Source: Bdellovibrio sp. ZAP7 (GTDB lineage Bacteria; Bdellovibrionota; UBA1018; CAIMNF01). From it: DNA of 64,000 bases. Position 1 is the first letter of the stretch, and the number at the start of each line of letters is the position of its first letter. Below the pieces are notes generated by a model. That model was given only the letters and a program-made list of their open reading frames with translations. It was not told the origin of the DNA and ran no database searches. The translations under genes were made by a program, and so were the position numbers. The stretch is from the NCBI GenBank assembly GCA_945874535.1, contig CAMCGZ010000010.1:8549-72548 (forward strand). The letters run 5' to 3'. This document shows, piece by piece, positions 44,001 through 52,207 of this stretch.

Positions 44001-44055
44001 GAGTGGATCCTGTTTCAGGTGCCTGAATTGTGGAAACAGTATCGGTTGCAGTTGA
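41020..44055 (+). CDS. nrdJ: Adenosylcobalamin-dependent (class II) ribonucleotide reductase
   Basis: 1011 aa. Active-site [21 protein letters not shown] motif (Cys/Glu) and a C-terminal Cys-rich tail. Confidence 0.9.
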   Translation: [1011 protein letters not shown]

Positions 44056-44076
44056 TCCGTCGATCAACATGCCAAG

Positions 44077-45069
44077 TCAATACGCCCAGTCAATCAGGGT
44101 AGCGCCCCAGGTGAAGCCGCCACCGAAGGCGACCAGTGCCAGTCGATCGCCTTTCTTGAGCCGAGGTTCCCACTCCCACAAACAAAGAGGCAGGGTCGCT
44201 GCGGTGGTATTTCCGAACTTTTCGATATTCACCATCACCCGTTCCATGGGGATGCCGGCGCGAGCTGCAGTGGATTCGATGATCCGGATGTTTGCCTGAT
44301 GGGGCACGAGCCAAGTGATGTCGTCTGCCTTCAAGTTGTTTCGTTCCATCAGTTCGAGCACGACTTCCGCCATGCCCTTCACAGCGAATTTGTAAACCGC
44401 CGCCCCCTCTTGCTTGACGAAGTGTTGGCGGGCCTGAACGGTTTCGACACTCGGAGGTAGCAGCGAACCCCCTGCCTCGGTTCGGAGGTATTTCACACCC
44501 GATCCGTCGCTTTTTAGCAGGCTGTCACCGATCCCCATTCCGGAGTCGGTCGGTTCGAGAAGCACAGCTCCTGCGCCATCGCCGAAAATGATGCAAGTGT
44601 TCCGATCCTGATAGTCGATAATGGAGCTCATTTTGTCGGCTCCCACCACGACCACTTTTTTGTGTCGGCCGCTTTCGATCAGCGCGGCTCCGGAGGTCAG
44701 CGCATAAAGAAATCCCGAGCAGGCACCGGAGAGGTCGTAGCCCCACGCGTTTTTTGCGCCGATCCGGTCACAGACCAGGTTCGCAGTCGAAGGAAAGGGG
44801 TAGTCACCGGTCACTGTTGCCACGATCAAACACTCGATTTCGGAGGGGTCGATCCCCCGTTTTTTACAAAGCTCGAGGACCGCGGGTACGATCAGATCCG
44901 AAGTGGCTTTTCCGGGTTCATTCAGGATGCGACGTTCCCGGATGCCAGTGCGGGTCCGGATCCAATCATCCTGGGTATCCACCATTTTTTCGAGGTCTTG
45001 ATTGGTGAGGCGCGTCTCGGGGACGTAGCCTCCCACTGCGGTGATGGCGACACGGGGCTTGGAGATCAT
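44077..45069 (-). CDS. fabH: 3-oxoacyl-ACP synthase III
   Basis: The N-terminus MISKPRVAITAVGGYVPE, active-site Cys (GACSGFLYAL) and His/Asn regions match KAS III. Length is 330 aa from the internal ATG. Confidence 0.9.
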   Translation of the reverse strand: MISKPRVAITAVGGYVPETRLTNQDLEKMVDTQDDWIRTRTGIRERRILNEPGKATSDLIVPAVLELCKKRGIDPSEIECLIVATVTGDYPFPSTANLVCDRIGAKNAWGYDLSGACSGFLYALTSGAALIESGRHKKVVVVGADKMSSIIDYQDRNTCIIFGDGAGAVLLEPTDSGMGIGDSLLKSDGSGVKYLRTEAGGSLLPPSVETVQARQHFVKQEGAAVYKFAVKGMAEVVLELMERNNLKADDITWLVPHQANIRIIESTAARAGIPMERVMVNIEKFGNTTAATLPLCLWEWEPRLKKGDRLALVAFGGGFTWGATLIDWAY

Positions 45070-45101
45070 GAAGGAACGGTACCTGAGGGTGGGGCAAAAA
45101 T

Positions 45102-46223
45102 CTACTTTGCAGACCCGAGCAGGAGATTGATCAGAAAAATACAATCATGCCCTGCAGATTTGGGAGAAAGCTCCACGTCATACTTGGGCCAACCCTCTTC
45201 CACGCGAGGGAAGGGTTTGGTGGCAGGGCACTTGGCCAAAAGGAGTCGAGCGGTCTCTTCGTCGGGGCCCCTCACCAGAAAGCGGAGCAGGGGATGATCC
45301 GGATGGCGGTAATGAAGCACGTGGCTGATCGCATCGATCAAATCCGAATCGGCGATTTGGATTCCACGTTTTTTCATTTCACGGAGGAGGTAGATGGTCT
45401 CGGCAGTTCCGAGCAAATCATAACCTTTTTCCTGCCCGACTTTTCTGGCATCCTCGTTCCTGACCATCAAATAACCCAGATACTTTAGGGACTGGCCGTC
45501 TTCTAGGAACTTGAAGTGATCATTGAGTTGCCAGGCCAGGTGCCAGAAGTAAGCCCGGATCCGGCACTGATTCTCAGGGTCCCGGACATCTGGACAGTAA
45601 CGACCGTCGTTTTTACGAATGTAAGCGATCCAGTCGGCAGCGGTCTTCTGATCGGCTTTGGCAATCAGATAGGCCAAAACTCCACGGGCGGATGAAGAGG
45701 AGAAGGTGGGGAGTCCCTCGTTCTCGACTCCGATGAAGCTTTTGCTCCGCCAAAAACGTCCCAGATCATCCTTCGCCTCACGGACCTGTTCGCAGGACGT
45801 GAAGTCGCCTGAAAGACAGAGAAGTCCGAGGTGGCGCAAAGCTTCGGGGTAGGGACAAGTGTGATACGTGAGGATTCCATCATCGCACCGGGGCGCCCAT
45901 TGCCGGATGTTGGATCGGAGGGCTCTCAGGGCGGCCAACGTGGCGGGCTTTAGGGGCGTAGAAGCCGTTTTTTTAAGCCAATCGGGATCGATTCCCCCGG
46001 CTTCCGCGGCGACTTCATCCGTGATCAAACGGGTTTCGTCAATGTCCCGCTCGGTATCGGTCAGTCGGGCGAATCCGATGTGAAGATCGGCTTCGGCAAG
46101 ACTCATTCCGAACTGTTTTTCAAAATGGTGGCGCCCAACTAGGATTAGGAACCCCAAGATGAGGGCGGGCAGAAACAGGATGAATCGTTTTTTTTGTGCC
46201 GCGGACATCTTCAGTTTGGTCAT
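45102..46223 (-). CDS. Hypothetical secreted/membrane-anchored Cys-rich protein
   Basis: N-terminal TM/signal segment (FILFLPALILGFLILVG). About 9 Cys residues sit in paired patterns. No confident domain match. Confidence 0.5.
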   Translation of the reverse strand: MTKLKMSAAQKKRFILFLPALILGFLILVGRHHFEKQFGMSLAEADLHIGFARLTDTERDIDETRLITDEVAAEAGGIDPDWLKKTASTPLKPATLAALRALRSNIRQWAPRCDDGILTYHTCPYPEALRHLGLLCLSGDFTSCEQVREAKDDLGRFWRSKSFIGVENEGLPTFSSSSARGVLAYLIAKADQKTAADWIAYIRKNDGRYCPDVRDPENQCRIRAYFWHLAWQLNDHFKFLEDGQSLKYLGYLMVRNEDARKVGQEKGYDLLGTAETIYLLREMKKRGIQIADSDLIDAISHVLHYRHPDHPLLRFLVRGPDEETARLLLAKCPATKPFPRVEEGWPKYDVELSPKSAGHDCIFLINLLLGSAK

Positions 46224-46260
46224 GGGTCTGATGAAATGATCCCCAGAGAGTTAAGGGGGA

Positions 46261-46944
46261 TCAAGGAATTTGTTCGAGTGTGTCGGGTTCGGGAGCATGG
46301 ATCCGGTACCGGGCACCGCGAAGCTCGAACTCGACCCTGCTGGCATGCAAACCGAGCCGCACAGAAGTGGCGGGGGCACCGGATGTTCCGTAAATCGGAT
46401 CACCCACCAGCGGGAACCCCGCATGGGCCAAGTGAGCCCGGATCTGATGCATCACTCCGGTTTCGATGCGGACCTCGATCCTCAAGGCCCGAAGACCTGG
46501 GAGATGAGCCGGACGGATCGAGTCGATCCAAGTGAGAGCCGTAAGCGGCTTGCCCCGGAATCTTCTGAACTTGCCCTCCGGAAGAACGATCATTCGCTTC
46601 TTGCTTTGAGGGTGGTGGGCTAGCGGGAGGTCGATCTTGAGTGGAAAATCCGGCAAGGGATCGGGAGGTGTCGCCTCCGACCAGGCGATATAGGACTTGT
46701 GGAGAGTCCGCTCTGCGAACTTCTGCCTCATCTCCAGAAAGATTTCATCAGTCTTGGCAAAGAGCAGGACGCCGCTGGTTCCGGTATCGAGACGGTGCAA
46801 AAGCTGGATGGGTGAGCTCGGGAAGTGGTTCGTGACGCGGCGTTCTGCCGTGTCTTGATCGGGATCTTGTTGGTTTTGCGAGGGAAGTCCGGATGGCTTG
46901 TTCAGGGCCAGAATGAAGTCGTCCTCGAAGAGGGGATCGATCAT
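46261..46944 (-). CDS. RluA-family pseudouridine synthase
   Basis: HRLDTGTSGVLLFAKT catalytic Asp motif. Length is 227 aa. Confidence 0.8.
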   Translation of the reverse strand: MIDPLFEDDFILALNKPSGLPSQNQQDPDQDTAERRVTNHFPSSPIQLLHRLDTGTSGVLLFAKTDEIFLEMRQKFAERTLHKSYIAWSEATPPDPLPDFPLKIDLPLAHHPQSKKRMIVLPEGKFRRFRGKPLTALTWIDSIRPAHLPGLRALRIEVRIETGVMHQIRAHLAHAGFPLVGDPIYGTSGAPATSVRLGLHASRVEFELRGARYRIHAPEPDTLEQIP

Positions 46945-47015
46945 GGCTCGAGATTAACACGAAACGCGCGGTGTTTCCTGTTGATTTTCAATGGCTTTGG
47001 ACTAATGTCAGGTTT

Positions 47016-47564
47016 ATGAACATCAAACGTCACACTCTGCGTCTAGTCGCTCTTTGCGCCCTGCTGACACTCGGCTTTTCCGGTGAGGCTCGTGCCCTCA
47101 TGGTCGAAGGGTCGATTGATTATCCTGTGGGAGTCGGTGCGGCAGCTCAGAACTTCAATCCGAATCTCGGATTCACCGGCAAGGTCTATCTGAATCCATT
47201 GTTTGATCCGGCGATCCGCAACTACGTGAGCGTGGCTTATCAGAATCTTTCTTTGAAGACCGAAGCGAACAGCTCCTTCCGGATTTTTCCGATCCTTGCG
47301 GGTCTTGAGTTCCAAGGTAAAGTGACGGACAAGATCCACACCACCCTCGGGGGCGGGATCGGTTTCGCCACGGCCTATTTGAATTCTCGCTCAGCGACGC
47401 TGTTCCGCACTTATGGTTATTTTTCAGCCCAGCTTCACGGCGGGATCGAGTATGACCTCGGAAGCGGGTTTTCGACCTTTTTCCGTCTGCCGGTCACCTA
47501 CATGGTCAGCTCGGCCACCATCAGCTATCTGACTTATACTTTTGGCGCCAACTACGCGCTCTAA
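47016..47564 (+). CDS. Small outer-membrane beta-barrel protein (OmpW/OmpA-barrel-like)
   Basis: Signal peptide MNIKRHTLRLVALCALLTLGFSGEARA. About 8 amphipathic strands and a C-terminal aromatic residue (…ANYAL). The annotated 46971 start is GTG. Confidence 0.5.
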   Translation: MNIKRHTLRLVALCALLTLGFSGEARALMVEGSIDYPVGVGAAAQNFNPNLGFTGKVYLNPLFDPAIRNYVSVAYQNLSLKTEANSSFRIFPILAGLEFQGKVTDKIHTTLGGGIGFATAYLNSRSATLFRTYGYFSAQLHGGIEYDLGSGFSTFFRLPVTYMVSSATISYLTYTFGANYAL

Positions 47565-47586
47565 CCCGGGAAACACGAGGAAGATC

Positions 47587-48129
47587 ATGAAAAACACTAT
47601 CAAGAATGCCATCGTGGGAATCAGTCTGTTGCTCGGTCTCTCCGCCTGCGGGGGAGCCAACGGTGTGGTCGATCCGATCACGCTTTTCAGCGACAATTCC
47701 ATTCCGAAATTGAATGCGATTGTGGCGAATGGATTCGTCGGTTCGACTCTTTCATCTCCGTTCACTCCGAGTACTCCTTATTGGTTGATGAACGGTACAG
47801 TCCTGGGTGCGCCTGTAGTGGCACCTGCAAATGGGATTGTCACATCGACAGGGTTGACCACCATCAATGGTGCCACTGTCACCTATGTTGCAGTTGCCCA
47901 TTCCGGCCGGATCTCTACTGCGATCTACGGGATGCAAAATGTGATCGTTCGAGCCGGTGACTCTGTCAGGGCCGGCGACTCCCTGGGTTCTTTTGTCGGG
48001 TTTACTGGGCAGGTTGCATTTCAGGTGCTTCTGGATGGAGTGGCAATTTGCCCGCTTTCGTTCATGAGCGATTCTTTTCGAGCCACTTTGACCAACGCTT
48101 TTTTTGGAAGCGTTGCCCCCTGCCTCTGA
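47587..48129 (+). CDS. Lipoprotein with a degenerate (probably non-catalytic) M23/LytM-like domain
   Basis: Lipobox LLGLSAC and a GAGGA RBS. The C-terminal region ([12 protein letters not shown]...VAHSG...[31 protein letters not shown]) follows the M23 fold pattern but lacks the HLH zinc ligands. Confidence 0.45.
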   Translation: MKNTIKNAIVGISLLLGLSACGGANGVVDPITLFSDNSIPKLNAIVANGFVGSTLSSPFTPSTPYWLMNGTVLGAPVVAPANGIVTSTGLTTINGATVTYVAVAHSGRISTAIYGMQNVIVRAGDSVRAGDSLGSFVGFTGQVAFQVLLDGVAICPLSFMSDSFRATLTNAFFGSVAPCL

Positions 48130-48134
48130 TCTCC

Positions 48135-48911
48135 ATGAGCACACTCGTGGGTAAAAAAGCCGTCATCCTGGGCCTCGCCAATGACCGTTCGATTGCTTGG
48201 GGAATTGCTCAGGCTTTGCGTGCGGCCGGTGCCGAGCTCGCCTTCAATTACCTCGGCGAATCGCTCGAGCGTCGGGTTCGTCCTTTGGCCGAGAGTCTCG
48301 GGGCCTCGATCATCGAGCCCTGCGATGTGAGCAGTGATGAGCAAATCGCCTCGTTTTTCTCGAAGGTAAAAGAGAAGTGGGGTGGAATCGACATCCTGAT
48401 CCACTCGGTGGCCTTTGCCAATAAGACCGATCTTGCAGGCCGTTTTGTCGACACCACTCGCGACGGATTCCGTCTGGCGCTGGATGTGAGTGCCTATTCG
48501 TTGGTGGCCACAGCCCGTGAGGCCGAGAAGCTCATGGATCCCGCTCAAGGCGGGACCGTGATCACGCTCACTTATTACGGCTCTGAAAAGGTCATGCCCG
48601 GGTACAATGTCATGGGTGTGGCCAAGGCCGCGCTCGAGGCCTCGGTGCGGTACCTGGCCCACGATTTGGGACCGAAGAAGATCCGCGTGCATGCGATTTC
48701 AGCCGGGCCGATCAAGACGCTGGCCGCTGCAGGGGGCATCTCGAATTTCCGTGATTTTCTCGGCCAGATCGAGCAGCGCGCTCCCTTGCATGAGAACGTC
48801 TCTCCCGAGGATGTGGGATCCCTGGCAGCGTTCCTCTGTCAGGATGGCGCCCGCCACATGACCGGAAACGTTTTGTATGTAGACTCCGGATTCAACATCA
48901 TGGGTGCCTGA
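48135..48911 (+). CDS. fabI: Enoyl-ACP reductase (NADH), SDR family
   Basis: N-terminal [23 protein letters not shown] motif, and the catalytic Y...K region (MGVAKAALE). Length is 258 aa. Confidence 0.9.
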   Translation: MSTLVGKKAVILGLANDRSIAWGIAQALRAAGAELAFNYLGESLERRVRPLAESLGASIIEPCDVSSDEQIASFFSKVKEKWGGIDILIHSVAFANKTDLAGRFVDTTRDGFRLALDVSAYSLVATAREAEKLMDPAQGGTVITLTYYGSEKVMPGYNVMGVAKAALEASVRYLAHDLGPKKIRVHAISAGPIKTLAAAGGISNFRDFLGQIEQRAPLHENVSPEDVGSLAAFLCQDGARHMTGNVLYVDSGFNIMGA

Positions 48912-49456
48912 TGTGGGATCTCATCCGGACCTACCGTAAGTACGATCCTGCGACCAAAAGCTCACTCGAAGTTCTCTTCTTGTATCCCGGAGTGAAGGCG
49001 ATCGCTCTTCATCGGATCGCACACATGTTTTACCGTGCGGGGATTCCCTTCATCCCCCGGGCCATCAGCGAATGGTCACGTTTTTTGACCGGTATCGACA
49101 TCCACCCCGGGGCCAGGATCGGGAAAAACCTCATCATCGACCATGGAATGGGTGTTGTCATCGGCGAAACGGCCGAAGTCGGGGATCATTGTCTGATTTT
49201 TCACGGGGTGACTCTCGGTGGGGTCGATTTCAGCCCGGTGAAACGCCATCCCACGCTCGGGAACCATGTCGTGGTCGGGGCGGGGGCTAAAATTCTCGGT
49301 AATATCACCATCGGCGATCATGCCCGGATCGGGGCGAATTCCGTCGTGATCAAGTCCGTTCCGGAACACTGCACGGCAACCGGGATTCCCGCCAAAGTGG
49401 TGAACTCCAAGGGTGTGGTTCCGGGCGAGGAACTCAAGCACGATCAGATTGACTGA
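48911..49456 (+). CDS. cysE: Serine O-acetyltransferase (hexapeptide-repeat acyltransferase)
   Basis: An N-terminal SAT-like helix region and left-handed beta-helix repeats ([41 protein letters not shown]). The ATG overlaps the fabI stop. Confidence 0.8.
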   Translation: MWDLIRTYRKYDPATKSSLEVLFLYPGVKAIALHRIAHMFYRAGIPFIPRAISEWSRFLTGIDIHPGARIGKNLIIDHGMGVVIGETAEVGDHCLIFHGVTLGGVDFSPVKRHPTLGNHVVVGAGAKILGNITIGDHARIGANSVVIKSVPEHCTATGIPAKVVNSKGVVPGEELKHDQID

Positions 49457-49480
49457 GGTCCTGACTCTGATTCGGCGGGT

Positions 49481-50620
49481 TCAGAGTTTGCAGTAGTGCC
49501 GGGTCTGGGATGCCTCGCAAAAGGTCTTGAGGCTCTTCAGATTCTGCGCAACCTCAATGTCTTCCTCGGGGGCAAGCTCGACTCGTGAAACCATGGCGCT
49601 CGCCTCCGCGTAAGGCTTGTCGGGCTCGTACCAAGGTTCGTATACGAGGCCATGCTTCGAAGTGACTTCGATGATCTTCGGAGATTTCTTCAGTGTCTCA
49701 GCGTAGAAGTTGATATCCCAGAGGTGGATCTTGGCACGGTTGCCGGGCAGCCGCTCCACCCGGTTGACCAGCACCACATGAATGTCAGTACTCATGCCGA
49801 GGATCTTCCCGCTGGGGATCAGGGCCGAGAACAGGACCTTCGGAAACTCCCCCCGCCCGAGGCGGATTTCGAGGTTCCTGAGCAGGGATTCCACTTCCTC
49901 GAAACTCATCGCCTCGGTGGAATTCTTGAAAATTTTGAGAGAGCTGCTCCGGACCGCCCGGCTCCTCCAGAGTTCCATGGTGTTGAGTTTCAAATAGAGC
50001 TCAATGCGGGGTTCAAGGCTCAACTCGTGGATATTCCGGTAGCCCGGTATCACGGTGGCTTGACCTGCGACCAATCGGTCGATCTTCCGCAGGTAGTACT
50101 CGACATCGGGAACTCTCGGCTGATCCGGGTCGAAGAATGCGAGCTGGGTGAGATTCCGGAACAGTGTCGAAAAGCCCCAGCAGTAACCGAACTTCCGATC
50201 GCTGATTCCTTCAAACTCATGGTCTGCGTTGACGAGGGTGAGTCCGTTTTCCACCTGTGGCTGGTAACGGTCTTGGTGGACCCGAAGGTAGCGGTGATAG
50301 GCAGGATCAGATGCCCGCTCACGAGACGCCGAGTGATGGCGGTACTCCGCCTTCATGGTGAGGAAGGATTTCTGGATATTCTTCTCGATGTTGCCATTGA
50401 TGCCCGTCAGGACCAACCGTTCCTGGTTCAGGGGCTTCTTCAGCCGGTATTTGACCCCGCGTGATGGATCATTTTCGGCTTGGTCATGTGCCGTATCCAC
50501 CTCGTGGTCATGGGGAGTGCCGCTCAAGGGTACGGGAGTGGGCTCAGGCAAGGCGGCTTGGGCGGAAAGTCCCAGACAAAGCATGGCAAAAACGGGGCTG
50601 AGAGAAGGAATCCTGCGCAT
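49481..50620 (-). CDS. Secreted hypothetical protein with a papain-like catalytic signature (possible clan CA cysteine hydrolase)
   Basis: Signal peptide MRRIPSLSPVFAMLCLGLSAQAA. FGYCWGFS is comparable to the papain CGSCWAFS motif. Downstream STDIHVVLV is comparable to DHAVxxVGY, and KIHLWDINFY is a candidate Asn/Asp-Trp element. Confidence 0.45.
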   Translation of the reverse strand: MRRIPSLSPVFAMLCLGLSAQAALPEPTPVPLSGTPHDHEVDTAHDQAENDPSRGVKYRLKKPLNQERLVLTGINGNIEKNIQKSFLTMKAEYRHHSASRERASDPAYHRYLRVHQDRYQPQVENGLTLVNADHEFEGISDRKFGYCWGFSTLFRNLTQLAFFDPDQPRVPDVEYYLRKIDRLVAGQATVIPGYRNIHELSLEPRIELYLKLNTMELWRSRAVRSSSLKIFKNSTEAMSFEEVESLLRNLEIRLGRGEFPKVLFSALIPSGKILGMSTDIHVVLVNRVERLPGNRAKIHLWDINFYAETLKKSPKIIEVTSKHGLVYEPWYEPDKPYAEASAMVSRVELAPEEDIEVAQNLKSLKTFCEASQTRHYCKL

Positions 50621-50635
50621 AGGGGCGCAGGTTTA

Positions 50636-51340
50636 TCATGGGGAAACGGTCGATTCAAGAAAAATTTCGCGGCGCGTTATTCTTTGGTAAACCACCCATC
50701 CCACGAGACTTCCAAAGAAAAAACCGGCCAAGGTGTCTGTCGGGTAGTGGCGTCCACCGATGACGCGCAAGCATGCGGTCAGGGCAGTCAGGAGGGGGTA
50801 GGCCAGCCAAGCCAGGGCCAGAATGGTTCTGCGCTTTCCACCTTCCACATGGTCCCTGAGGCTCAGGCAGGTCATCAGGAGGGCCAGAGCCACAAAGCTG
50901 GTATGACCGGAATAAAAGGAGGTGTACTGGTGGATGTTGGCACCATCCCCGGTGGGGGAGCGAAAGACCAAGGGACGCGGACGTTGGGCCAGTGCCCGGA
51001 CGGCCTCCACCACCACGCCATTCCAGGCTGTGGCCGAGAGCAGCGCTAAATTCAGGGTCAGGGAGCGCGCGGCTCCGCGGCGGATCAGCAACCAGGGCAA
51101 AACGAATGCCAGGACGCCAACCGAGTTCTGGAGGAGATTCGAGAGGAAGTCCGCAAAAACGGACTGAAAGCCGAAGGCGATCCGGTCCAGGTCATTGACC
51201 CGGTCGACCGTGCAGGGGGTCGGTTCGGTGGCACACCAGGGTTTGAACCAAAGCGGGCGGGCTAGGAAGAAAACAAGGTAAATCCCCGAGGGTAACAGGA
51301 TGCTGGCGAGCAGTGATCGGAGACGGGGAACCGGTGGCAT
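50636..51340 (-). CDS. PAP2-family (type 2 phosphatidic acid phosphatase-like) membrane phosphatase
   Basis: Signature motifs YSGHTS and GRHYPTD (SxH / RxxxxxHxxxD) within a polytopic membrane protein. Confidence 0.75.
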   Translation of the reverse strand: MPPVPRLRSLLASILLPSGIYLVFFLARPLWFKPWCATEPTPCTVDRVNDLDRIAFGFQSVFADFLSNLLQNSVGVLAFVLPWLLIRRGAARSLTLNLALLSATAWNGVVVEAVRALAQRPRPLVFRSPTGDGANIHQYTSFYSGHTSFVALALLMTCLSLRDHVEGGKRRTILALAWLAYPLLTALTACLRVIGGRHYPTDTLAGFFFGSLVGWVVYQRITRREIFLESTVSP

Positions 51341-51388
51341 TTCTCTTGTCAGAGTCTACCTTCGCAAGTAAGGTATTGGAATTCAAAA

Positions 51389-51946
51389 GTGAATCAACTC
51401 CAGAAAGGAATCCCTCCCGTGTGGAATGTTAAAGTGGGACAACCCGCTCCTCAATTCAAGGCCCCTGCCTACGTCGCAGGTCAGTTCAAAGACGTTTCCC
51501 TTCAGGAATACAAAGGAAAGTGGGTGTGCCTGTTCTTCTACCCGCTCGATTTCACTTTCGTTTGCCCGACCGAGATCCGTGGCTTCGCACAGCTCGAAAA
51601 ACAATTCCTTGAATCCAATTGCCAAGTGATCGGTGCCTCGACCGACAGTCAGCATTCCCACAAGGCCTGGTTCGAGAAAGACCTTCCAGAAGTGAAATTC
51701 CCTGTTCTTGCGGACACCAATCATTCCGTGTCCCGGAACTACGGAGTTCTCATTGAAGACAGCGGAATCGCCCTCCGGGGTACTTTCCTCATCGATCCGA
51801 ACGGGATCCTGCAGGCCATGAGTGTCAATGCTCTCGGCGTGGGACGTTCAGTCGAAGAGACTCTCCGCACCCTTCAAGCCCTCCAAACCGGCGAACTGTG
51901 CCCCGTAAACTGGAAACCGGGCCAGGCAACTTTAACCAAGAAATAA
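51389..51946 (+). CDS. Typical 2-Cys peroxiredoxin (AhpC/Tsa family)
   Basis: Peroxidatic Cys in FTFVCPTEI and resolving Cys in ELCPVNWKPG. Length is 185 aa with a GTG start. Confidence 0.9.
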   Translation: MNQLQKGIPPVWNVKVGQPAPQFKAPAYVAGQFKDVSLQEYKGKWVCLFFYPLDFTFVCPTEIRGFAQLEKQFLESNCQVIGASTDSQHSHKAWFEKDLPEVKFPVLADTNHSVSRNYGVLIEDSGIALRGTFLIDPNGILQAMSVNALGVGRSVEETLRTLQALQTGELCPVNWKPGQATLTKK

Positions 51947-51959
51947 AGGAAAACTGAAT

Positions 51960-52151
51960 ATGAGCACGACTACCACTACCACCACCCCCAAAGCCAAACT
52001 CGGACGTCGCACCATCCGCAAGCTCGGACGCGATAAGCGCAAGACCAAGATCGTGGCTGACAAAGAATTCGCCAAGAAACTGTTCGATGGCAAGTCCAAG
52101 CGCTCTGCCGATAAAAAAGTCCAGTTCCGCAAGAAGAAAGCCAAGAAGTAA
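51960..52151 (+). CDS. Small (63 aa) lysine-rich basic protein with an N-terminal Thr7 tract; possible histone H1-like nucleoid protein
   Basis: AAGGAAA RBS 8 nt upstream of the ATG. Composition is over 35% K+R. A strong terminator follows. The N-terminus MSTTTTTTTPKAK is encoded by an ACN codon run. Confidence 0.55.
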   Translation: MSTTTTTTTPKAKLGRRTIRKLGRDKRKTKIVADKEFAKKLFDGKSKRSADKKVQFRKKKAKK

Positions 52152-52170
52152 TTCCTGATTCCAGGAGAAG

Positions 52171-52207
52171 GGCCGGATCCGGTTCACCCGGGTGCCGGCC
52201 TTTTTTT
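52171..52207 (+). terminator. Rho-independent terminator
   Basis: GC-rich hairpin GGCCGGATCCGG-ttcac-CCGGGTGCCGGCC followed by TTTTTTT, which runs straight into the next ATG at 52208. Confidence 0.7.
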
